Shown here: positions 8,248 to 16,386 of the stretch, piece after piece
How the letters are laid out: each line of letters starts with the position of its first letter
Numbering within the stretch: the first letter of the stretch is position 1
NCBI GenBank assembly: GCA_029856365.1
Contig: JAHQWW010000008.1
Location: forward strand, 1-64,000
Length of the DNA: 64,000 nt
Source of the DNA: Candidatus Hodarchaeota archaeon
Lineage (GTDB): Archaea; Asgardarchaeota; Heimdallarchaeia; Hodarchaeales; Hodarchaeaceae
Reading direction: 5' to 3'
Notes under the pieces: generated by a model
Seen by the model: the letters and a program-made list of their open reading frames with translations, nothing else
What the model was told of the DNA's origin: nothing
The model's database searches: none
Translations under genes and position numbers: made by a program

Positions 8248-9234
8248 TTACGGAATAATAGTGGTTCCTGCTTCTCCATCTAGAGCTGCTGCTGCAAGTT
8301 CAGGGGTGGTTATAACAACTTTTTTCCCTCCATCCTTTAAGAATCGAATTGCAGCTTTTAATTTAGGCCCCATCGATCCTTTTAACTTCTCTCCAAACGC
8401 TCCTTCTGCTAAATACTTTTCAACCTCTACCACAGTCATTCTGTCAATACCAGTCTGCTGTGATGTCTTATAATTCAAATAAACTTTATCTGTATCAGTC
8501 AATATAGCAAATGCTTCCGCTTTCGTATCAATTGCTAATCTCTCTCCAGCTAAATCTTTATCAATAACAGCTTCAACACCTGTAACTGTTCCATCGGGAT
8601 TTTTAATAACAGGGATACCTCCTCCGCCACTGGCAACTAAAATAAAACCAGCTTCTAATAAATCATTAACCTGATCCTTTTCATAAATTTCAATTGGATC
8701 TGGTGATGGGACAACTCGACGATACCCCCTTCCAGCATCTTCAATGATAGTAAAATCAGGATGTTCTTCTTTAATCCGATCAGCCTGTTCACTTGTGTAA
8801 AAAGGCCCGACAGGTTTTGTTGGATTTTGAAACGCTGGATCACCTTGGGACACAACTACTTGTGTAATAATCGTTGCAACTTTGATCTTTTTACTAGGAT
8901 CCAACCGACTAGGAGGACCCTCAGTCAGTAATAAATTTCCAAGGATATTCTGAATGAGATACCCGATCTGTCCTTGGGTCATGGCCACCGCGATATCGTC
9001 AGGCATAACAGGGCGATTATATGGCGAATGAGAACCAGCTTCCATTTGTAACATAAGGTTCCCCACCTGAGGGCCATTACCATGAGTTATCACAATTCTC
9101 CATTTTGGAATGACCTTCATTATTTGTCTTGTGGTTTCTGTGACATTTTCGATCTGTTCCTCTATTGTCCCTCTCTGTTTCCCCTTAATCATGGCATTTC
9201 CACCAAGTGCAATGACAACTAGTGGCTTAAGCAT
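8248..9234 (-). CDS. arcC: carbamate kinase
   Basis: VIALGGNA, ITHGNGPQVG, PTKPVGPFY, YRRVVPSP, GGGGIPV, EAVIDKD, GSMGPK. Confidence 0.95.
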   Translation of the reverse strand: MLKPLVVIALGGNAMIKGKQRGTIEEQIENVTETTRQIMKVIPKWRIVITHGNGPQVGNLMLQMEAGSHSPYNRPVMPDDIAVAMTQGQIGYLIQNILGNLLLTEGPPSRLDPSKKIKVATIITQVVVSQGDPAFQNPTKPVGPFYTSEQADRIKEEHPDFTIIEDAGRGYRRVVPSPDPIEIYEKDQVNDLLEAGFILVASGGGGIPVIKNPDGTVTGVEAVIDKDLAGERLAIDTKAEAFAILTDTDKVYLNYKTSQQTGIDRMTVVEVEKYLAEGAFGEKLKGSMGPKLKAAIRFLKDGGKKVVITTPELAAAALDGEAGTTIIP

Positions 9235-9756
9235 TTTGATTCCTCAATTTGATGTAGAAATACTAAATAATAATGAAATTGAAAAATATATTTTTTACTT
9301 TAGATATGATTAAAGAGAGTTTTATTAATAAAATCTCAGTTTCAATTGAAGCATTTTCTCAAAATATATATTAAGATCTCAACATACCCCCGATGTTGCT
9401 TATAATCCTTTGGAAAAACGTGAACATCCGTCACAAACTCTTCGACTTCTTCCTCGGTAATAACCTCTCTTAACTGATTTTTTCTCTCTGCAAATCACAA
9501 TATAATCAAAAATTCCTGTTGTTAAAGAAAAACCAATTAACAGTTTTAAAATTACAACCATATTTTGAACAACCGAGATCAGGGATAATCTCAAATTAGT
9601 AGTGATTTTTATAGAGAATTACATTTTTGATAATTAAGTTAAAAACCTTTAGAAAAAGAATATCCTAAAACTATAGGTATTTGTAAGGTTTTTAGATTCA
9701 TATAAATTAGGAATAAACTAATACCATACATAGTGGCTTCAATCGAGGAATGAATT

Positions 9757-10200
9757 ATGGATGAATTGTTAACCGAATATCCTGTGGTTATAGAACTACC
9801 TGTGTCTTGGGGAGACATGGACGCTCTTCAGCACGTAATTCATACTGTTTACTTCCGTTATTTCCTGAACGGTCGTGTTTCCTATTTAGAAAATCTAAAA
9901 GTTTTGAACTCAATGGAAGAAACTGGAGTGGGACTCATTCTAGCTTCAATCCAGTGTAGATTCAAGATACCTTTAACATATCCTGACAAGCTCTTTGTAG
10001 GCACCAAAGTTGAAACAATTTTCAAAGATCGAATATTAATCAAACAGGTGCTTATAAGTACCAAACATAGGAGAACAGCTGCAGAAGCAGAGGCCCTTCT
10101 TGTCGCATTTGACTACAAGAAAAACTGCAAAACAATTTTTCCTAAAGAGGTGGATCAAAAAATACAAGACCTAGAGAGCTTAAGACAACGAAATTCTTAA
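9757..10200 (+). CDS. acyl-CoA thioesterase (4HBT/YbgC hotdog fold)
   Basis: WGDMDALQHV..TVYFRYF...CRFKIPLTYPD. Confidence 0.85.
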   Translation: MDELLTEYPVVIELPVSWGDMDALQHVIHTVYFRYFLNGRVSYLENLKVLNSMEETGVGLILASIQCRFKIPLTYPDKLFVGTKVETIFKDRILIKQVLISTKHRRTAAEAEALLVAFDYKKNCKTIFPKEVDQKIQDLESLRQRNS

Positions 10201-10341
10201 AACATTATCTATCTTTATGTTCTGACTCAATCTCAGGTTTTGTTGTATAATTCAGTTGTTATCTTTTTGAAGTGAAACGTTTCATCGTGAGTCCGTCGTC
10301 TTTTGGTAGAGATGAGGAGGAAATCAATCTCAAAGTATACA

Positions 10342-10407
10342 TCAATGCATAATACACACCATGATTCCCTTTTAAGCACGTAACCTATTTTCAGCTTGAT
10401 CAAAAAT
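10342..10407 (-). repeat. degenerate copy of the last 66 bp of the carbamoyltransferase gene at 12740-13804
   Basis: 60/66 identical to 12740-12805. Encodes IFDQAENRLRA*KGIMVCIMH* versus IFDQAENRLHAQKGIMVCIMH*. Confidence 0.92.
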
Positions 10408-10529
10408 AGCTTATTCTAACGTGTGAAAATCTATGAGGGGTAACATCCGAAAGGTTATCGATAATCGTTATTGTATCCAGGGGGAGACCAGCACAAAGTC
10501 TAAATCTTATTTTTCGAGAAATGAAATAA

Positions 10530-10548
10530 TAGGATCTAACAGATCCTA
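10530..10548. promoter_or_regulatory. 8-bp inverted repeat upstream of the radical SAM gene
   Basis: TAGGATCT-aac-AGATCCTA. Confidence 0.35.
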
Positions 10549-10654
10549 GTAAAATTGTAAACAAAGGTCAGAACAGGTTTTTTTCTTTTTGCCTTAAGAA
10601 ACATATTTATCAAGAGTCAATAATTCTTTGGATCAAGATAGAGGTAAAATTATA

Positions 10655-12691
10655 ATGGGTCCTCAAAGAACCATCCTTTTACTTAATGCAAGCAATCTCA
10701 AGACTGCGTTGATGTATCCTTACGCTTTCGTGCAAGTTTCAGAGATTGCAGACAGGTTTAACATTCGGACTATCTGTAATGACATGTACGGGATTTCAGA
10801 AAACCAATGGGAGGTTTATCTTCAGAAGTTACTCAAAAAAGAACCCTTTGATATGATATTAATTACCTTGAGAAACACTGACTGTGTGGACGTAAATGAT
10901 TATCGGTACCATCCTAAAAACACTAATTACCACAAGTCTATTGTTTTTCAATCGCCTGAACAAAGGTCTTACTATCCAATCCAAGCTACGAAACTCTTAA
11001 TTCAAGTTCTTCGCAAACTAACTGATGTGCTTATTGTCATTGGAGGATATGCTTTTTCTGTTATGCCAGAAAGGCTGATGAATTACCTCAACCCTGATTA
11101 TGGCGTGATTGGAGGGCCTGACGCCTTTTTTGAACATTTTGAAGATGTTCTTGGTAGACAGAATTTAACTCAGATTGCTAACCTAATTTATTCTCAAGCA
11201 AAGACTCTCCAAAAGGGGCCTTCCCGGTTCTTTCCTCCTTCTTTCCGTCAAGAATATACAGACAAGATCATAAAAGACCGACAGGCATTCTATTCTAGGT
11301 TTTCAGGGGAAAATGTGGAGCTTAGCGTTTCCATAGAAGTGTCTCGGGGTTGCCCAATGAATTGTTCACCTTGCTCAGAACCCTTGGTTGAGGGGAGAAA
11401 GGTACAATACCGAGATTTAGACGTGATCGAAGATGAAATCAACTTTCTTAGGAAGTATCAGCTGAATCAACTGTTTTTCATATGTTCTGAAATTAATGCT
11501 GATGGTAATGAGTTTGTCATGAATCTTGCAGATCGGATAATTGAAATTAACGAAGAGAGGAAGGATTATGAGAAAGTATCTTGGTATGGGCTGCATCTTT
11601 TGACTCTCTCGGCTGATCAATTAAAACACATCAGAAAAGCGGGTTTTCGTGGAGATTTCAATCCACTCCCTGTTGTTTCTCTTGATGATCATAATCTTGC
11701 AGCAATTAAAGCTCCACTAAAGAGTGATGATATCATCAATTTTTTTACTCAAGCAAAAAAAGTGGTTAAAGAAGAGTTCAGACACATCGGGAAGAAATTT
11801 TTTTCCTTGGAGGAACGAATATTCAGAGCTCCCCAATCTTTGAACCCTGAGGATTTTATGAATTCTTGGAATATCTTTCTTGGCAACATTGAATCTACTT
11901 CTGAGACTATCCGTGTCACACTAAAACGTGCTGATGATGCTGGACTTAACCAACTCTTTGACTCTTGTTATGTTAATAAAGCGACAAGAATTTACGATTT
12001 TATACGACCAACGGAGGAAGTGTTAAAACATACTTGGTCGTTAATCAATGGGGTAATCAAAAATTCATACAATGAACTCTATCCCTCGTTTACATATCCT
12101 CCAGCTCTTTTACGTCACTTTGGGAGTGCGGAAACTTTAGATGAGTTCTTTGTTTTAGTTGGAGATACTTACCTCTCTCGAAAACATCTCTTCAAAAAAG
12201 ATTGGAATTGGTTTCTGGCTACTAATCTTGATCCTGGAACTTTCTTGTCTTGGTGGATTTCTGCAATTAAGTCTGAGCTAGCTTTCAATAGCCTTACTGC
12301 GATACCCGAGGTTCTGAAATTCCTTACTTTCCTGCGAAATAGTCCTTCAATAGGTAATATCAAACTACTTTTCAATCCAACACCAGGTAGAAAGAGCCTA
12401 ATAAATTTTGCAACCAATATAGCTATCCAGTTTGTCTTATTTTCCCAAGAAAAAAAACTTGTTCCAATCATGCAACGTCTTGGCTTACCTCCCCTTAAAA
12501 CTACTCTGAATCTTTCCCCCTATAAATTTGCGGTGAAACTCTTTGAACACTATTCAAACAAGGATGAATTGTTTTCTGTCGTAAATGATAGTTCATTCAA
12601 CGGTGCTCTCTTTAGCTTCTTTGTTGAATACTTGCTATATCTCAAGAACACTCCCCTCAGCGATGAATTTCAGATATTTTTTAGTCACTAG
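10655..12691 (+). CDS. B12-binding-domain radical SAM protein
   Basis: SRGCPMNCSPC (CxxxCxxC); N-terminal cobalamin-binding-like region (ITLRNTD, IVIGGYAFS, PDYGVIG). ATG at 10655 follows GAGGT. Confidence 0.8.
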   Translation: MGPQRTILLLNASNLKTALMYPYAFVQVSEIADRFNIRTICNDMYGISENQWEVYLQKLLKKEPFDMILITLRNTDCVDVNDYRYHPKNTNYHKSIVFQSPEQRSYYPIQATKLLIQVLRKLTDVLIVIGGYAFSVMPERLMNYLNPDYGVIGGPDAFFEHFEDVLGRQNLTQIANLIYSQAKTLQKGPSRFFPPSFRQEYTDKIIKDRQAFYSRFSGENVELSVSIEVSRGCPMNCSPCSEPLVEGRKVQYRDLDVIEDEINFLRKYQLNQLFFICSEINADGNEFVMNLADRIIEINEERKDYEKVSWYGLHLLTLSADQLKHIRKAGFRGDFNPLPVVSLDDHNLAAIKAPLKSDDIINFFTQAKKVVKEEFRHIGKKFFSLEERIFRAPQSLNPEDFMNSWNIFLGNIESTSETIRVTLKRADDAGLNQLFDSCYVNKATRIYDFIRPTEEVLKHTWSLINGVIKNSYNELYPSFTYPPALLRHFGSAETLDEFFVLVGDTYLSRKHLFKKDWNWFLATNLDPGTFLSWWISAIKSELAFNSLTAIPEVLKFLTFLRNSPSIGNIKLLFNPTPGRKSLINFATNIAIQFVLFSQEKKLVPIMQRLGLPPLKTTLNLSPYKFAVKLFEHYSNKDELFSVVNDSSFNGALFSFFVEYLLYLKNTPLSDEFQIFFSH

Positions 12692-12739
12692 AGTTTAGTT
12701 ATATACTAATTCAAAAAGATGAGAGAATTATACTTCCAT

Positions 12740-13804
12740 TTAGTGCATAATACATACCATGATTCCCTTTTGAGCATGTAACCTATTTTCAGCTTGATCA
12801 AAGATGATGGATCGTGGTCCGTCAGCAACTTCATCTTCCACTTCCATTCCTCGATCTTGTGGCAAACAATGCATGTAGTACCCTCGTCCCTTCTTGGTTA
12901 CATCCATTAATTCTACTGTTGTTTTCCATTGCTTGTATTTATTCATGATCTCTGGCATGATTTCAGGTTTAGCGGGTCTGACACCCTCAATTCCATGAGC
13001 CTCTAAAACCCCCCAGCTCTTGGGATAGACAAAATCTGCCTCTTCAAAAGCGGTTTTCATATCCCGTTCAATTTGAAATGTCCCTCCATAGAGGTCGCAA
13101 TGGTCTTCTACTTTTTTGATGATATTGGGATCAAGATCAAATTCTGGTGGACAAGCAAACGTTACATCCATACCAAACATAGAAGGCGCAAGTACTCCTG
13201 TTTGTGGTACTGCCATTGGTTTTTGACCTGCGGAATACGCCCAGCTCATAACAAATTTCTTTCCTTGCAATTTATTGAAATCATGACTGCATTTCTCATA
13301 AATGGTCATAATATCTGCCATTCCTTGACAGGGATGGTACACATCTGATTCCATATTAATGATAGGCTTTTTACTCCAATAAGCAAAGTTTTCTTGGATT
13401 TTCTGTCCTTTGCCATAGATCCAATTGCATTTATCCCCGTATATACGTATAGCAATGGCATCTCCCATCCTTGATAACACCCTGGAAACATCTGAGACGC
13501 GTTCAGTTTCATAAGCGATTTCATCACCAGGTAGAGCTGGTGTGTATATAGCCCCTGGCTGTAAGAAGTGCGCATGTCCTCCAAGTTGAGTCATTCCAGC
13601 TTCAAATGAATTTCGTGTTCGTAGGCTATCATTATAAAAGATCATAAATAAAGTACGGCCAGGTAATATATGGCGATGATCTTCATGTATAGTAAAACGC
13701 TTTTTGAGGTCCATTCCAACATTCAGGAATGTTTCGATTTCTTCACGTGTGAAATCAATCATAGTAAGAAAGTCTCGGCCTTTCAAATCTTCAGTTACTA
13801 CCAT
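12740..13804 (-). CDS. knotted carbamoyltransferase, YgeW-like
   Basis: SLRTR, HPCQ, MSWAYS..QKPMAVPQ, VYPKSW, YMHCLP. These match recalled YgeW motifs (WAYSPSYGKPLSVPQ, VYPKSW, HCLP) better than canonical ArgF. Confidence 0.8.
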   Translation of the reverse strand: MVVTEDLKGRDFLTMIDFTREEIETFLNVGMDLKKRFTIHEDHRHILPGRTLFMIFYNDSLRTRNSFEAGMTQLGGHAHFLQPGAIYTPALPGDEIAYETERVSDVSRVLSRMGDAIAIRIYGDKCNWIYGKGQKIQENFAYWSKKPIINMESDVYHPCQGMADIMTIYEKCSHDFNKLQGKKFVMSWAYSAGQKPMAVPQTGVLAPSMFGMDVTFACPPEFDLDPNIIKKVEDHCDLYGGTFQIERDMKTAFEEADFVYPKSWGVLEAHGIEGVRPAKPEIMPEIMNKYKQWKTTVELMDVTKKGRGYYMHCLPQDRGMEVEDEVADGPRSIIFDQAENRLHAQKGIMVCIMH

Positions 13805-13939
13805 TATTAATCAATCCTGACGTTTGGTTCAATATATTCTAAAAAAACATCACGTTAATACTTGTACTAAATCTTGTAAGCAAATTCTCCTACCCTCATA
13901 AAGCTTCAAATTTATTATTGAAAGAGATTTGATGTATAA

Positions 13940-14476
13940 TTTAAAGAAAGAGAACCAGATAATTTATCTCCTATAGAATCAACCTTTCTTGAAGAGTATT
14001 CAGTCATAAAATTAGAACGTGATAAACAAACATATCAAGCTCGTTATGAGTTAGAGGTTCGGTGTACTCCAGAAGAGGTTCAAGCCTTTTTGCCTGTGGA
14101 TAAAAATCAATTTGAGAGCTCAAAGATAAAAACAATCCTCTGACCGATTTTCACCAAGATTTTTCCTTTGGACATCAATTTTTGGACAATAAGTCATAGT
14201 AATGAATTGGTTGGTAGTATGTACGTCCAAATCGATAAATCGGGCAAATCAAATCACCGCTTGGGTTTCACAATTGACCCAGCTCATACTCAAATATTAA
14301 CTGAACCTATGCTATCTTTTTGTATTGATAAGATTCTTAAAAGTGGTCACACAAACCAAAATGTCCTAATCACAGTACGCAGTAATAGTGAGGTTCATAC
14401 TATTCTAAAATCTCGTGGTTTTATCGAAATAGAAACAAATCATATTTTAGACTTGAAGTTTAATCCTGATTTCTAA
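13940..14476 (+). pseudogene. 5'-truncated GNAT-like gene remnant with an internal TGA
   Basis: The frame of ORF 14168-14476 continues upstream through TGA at 14141-14143 (…YQARYELEVRCTPEEVQAFLPVDKNQFESSKIKTIL*PIFTKIF…); no start codon; GNAT-like C-terminal LKSRGF. Confidence 0.55.
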
Positions 14477-14500
14477 GTTACTAGGCTTTTCTATCTTTTT

Positions 14501-15304
14501 CTATGTATTCAATTCCCAGTCTTCTGAAGCACAACAAGAAGGAGAAGAAAAATATCCTTGAGAAACCTCCAACAATGAAGTTTCAGTTGTCCAAATTGCG
14601 TACCAATGATTTGTATCCCAGTTTGAGACTGTTAAAAGGATTTTCTTATCAACGATGAGGAAAAAGCAATTGCAATTAATTACTTGAAAATCGAATGGGA
14701 ATGGTTCAGTTGGGAGCTTTTGGCGAAAAAAACCAATTGATAAATCTGAGATCCTCTTCTGAGCTTGTTCAATAGATTTCTTAAGAGGATTAAACACCTC
14801 TTTATTCGGCATCATTAATGTTATGCTTGAAGTCGCATCATCGATCAACCGTTTAGCGTGGTTAAATATATTGGTTTTTCCCTTAATTATATAGGCAATT
14901 TTAGGTGATTCTTCATGATCCTGATAAATGGGAACTAATGATTCAATCAATTTATCGATAGAAGTCATCCTTTTCGTATATTCTGTTTTGAAAATTGTTC
15001 GTAAATTTTCCATTGCTTCAATAGGATGAATAGCGATGTACTTCTTTGGTAGCCCTTCTTGAAGGATGATTAATCCTTTTTTTTGTAGATTATCCATAGT
15101 CCGATATATTTTACTATCTGGGATTCCGGTTTTCTCAACCAATTTACTCGCAGTTGCAGATTCTAATGGTAATAATGCTATATATGCTCTTGCTTCATTC
15201 CTAGTAAGATTCAGTTCCATTAAATCATCAATTAATTGTTTTTCTGGTCGACTAAGCCTAAGTGTTGCCTCATTAAGGGATTTTGTCATAGTGCTTTCTT
15301 CCAT
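14501..15304 (-). CDS. TrmB-family transcriptional regulator with Cys-rich C-terminal domain
   Basis: LNLTRNEARAYIALL...IPDSKIYRTMDNLQKKGLI...PKKY wHTH; C-terminal CNC and CC. Confidence 0.88.
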   Translation of the reverse strand: MEESTMTKSLNEATLRLSRPEKQLIDDLMELNLTRNEARAYIALLPLESATASKLVEKTGIPDSKIYRTMDNLQKKGLIILQEGLPKKYIAIHPIEAMENLRTIFKTEYTKRMTSIDKLIESLVPIYQDHEESPKIAYIIKGKTNIFNHAKRLIDDATSSITLMMPNKEVFNPLKKSIEQAQKRISDLSIGFFRQKLPTEPFPFDFQVINCNCFFLIVDKKILLTVSNWDTNHWYAIWTTETSLLEVSQGYFSSPSCCASEDWELNT

Positions 15305-15375
15305 TCCTCTACTTACCCTTGGTAGGAGAAGTTTAAATATTTTATTCTTGAGGCACTAAATAGGTGCATTATGCA

Positions 15376-16146
15376 ATGAGTCAATTCAAGGAAGAAGTTA
15401 AAAAGAGCTATGCTAAAGCAATAAACAAACATACCCAATCAAGACTTGCTAAGCAATCTAGTTGCTGTTCTCCATCAGTAACATCAATTAAAAACGAAAA
15501 ACTATCACAAGGCGATTGTTGTCCTCCCTCAACATCAGAAATGAAAAAAGAGTCTACGATCCCCAGTTTCGGATGTGTAATCAACCTTGCACAGAAAGCC
15601 AATATTCAACAAGGTAATGTAGTTGTAGATTTGGGCAGTGGGGCTGGTTATGACCTTTTTCAAGCAGCAGATCTTGTAGGACGAGAAGGAAGAATAATTG
15701 GAGTTGATTTTACTCCCGATATGATCATTTCAGGAATGAAAAACGCGACAGAGAAAGGTTATACAAATGTAGATTTTAGGTTATCAGATATAGAGAATAT
15801 CGATATTTTACCTGATAACTTTGCTGATGTGATAATTAGTAATTGTGTGATAAACCTCACCATGGACAAAGGAGCTGTATTTAAAGAAGCTTTCAGAATT
15901 CTTAAACCTGGTGGGAGATTAGTGGATGCAGATATCATTGCTGTTAACCACTTACCACCTGAAATCACACAAGATCCAGAAGCATGGTGTTCTTGCCTTG
16001 GTGGAGCATTAACAAAAGAGGGATATATTGAAAAAATCGAACAAGCTGGCTTTAAAGAAGTTAATGTGACAATCTTTAATAATTTTGAATATTTGAACCA
16101 TCAATTTCAAAGTGGTATTATCGAAGTACAGAAACCATTGAATTGA
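15376..16146 (+). CDS. arsM: arsenite S-adenosylmethionine methyltransferase
   Basis: N-terminal CC pairs, SFGC, VVDLGSGAGYD, IISNCVINL, AWCSCLGGAL. Confidence 0.85.
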   Translation: MSQFKEEVKKSYAKAINKHTQSRLAKQSSCCSPSVTSIKNEKLSQGDCCPPSTSEMKKESTIPSFGCVINLAQKANIQQGNVVVDLGSGAGYDLFQAADLVGREGRIIGVDFTPDMIISGMKNATEKGYTNVDFRLSDIENIDILPDNFADVIISNCVINLTMDKGAVFKEAFRILKPGGRLVDADIIAVNHLPPEITQDPEAWCSCLGGALTKEGYIEKIEQAGFKEVNVTIFNNFEYLNHQFQSGIIEVQKPLN

Positions 16147-16386
16147 TTAATTCTTTAGTCACTTGGAAGCTCATTTTATTTTTAAAATATCACAGAAATA
16201 TTTCTTTTTTTCTTATTATTATAATCCATCTTACCTTATTGATCTTTTTTGCCACTTTCTATCCCTATAAATATTATAGTGTAATAAACGTCAACAAAAC
16301 TGTAAAAGTTCATATTCATCACCCTAGATTTTATAGCTCATTATTACTATTCAAATCAAAATATGTTTCTTTTATCTGGTGATTTC

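Noticed and set aside
9342-9494. Minus-strand 50-codon frame (FAERKNQLREVITEEEVEEFVTDVHVFPKDYKQHRGYVEIL…) and the overlapping ORF 9400-9594
   Set aside because: No start codon and no recognisable family; possibly a gene remnant but not supportable.
10436-10497. GC-richer patch upstream of the B12 radical SAM gene (ccgaaagg, ttatcgataa, ccagggggagaccagc) considered as a cobalamin riboswitch
   Set aside because: Only a loose resemblance to the 3' B12-box; the other conserved elements are absent. A covariance-model search would be needed.
16143-16382. 79-aa hydrophobic ORF after arsM
   Set aside because: Low-complexity AT-rich intergenic sequence; no SD or motif.
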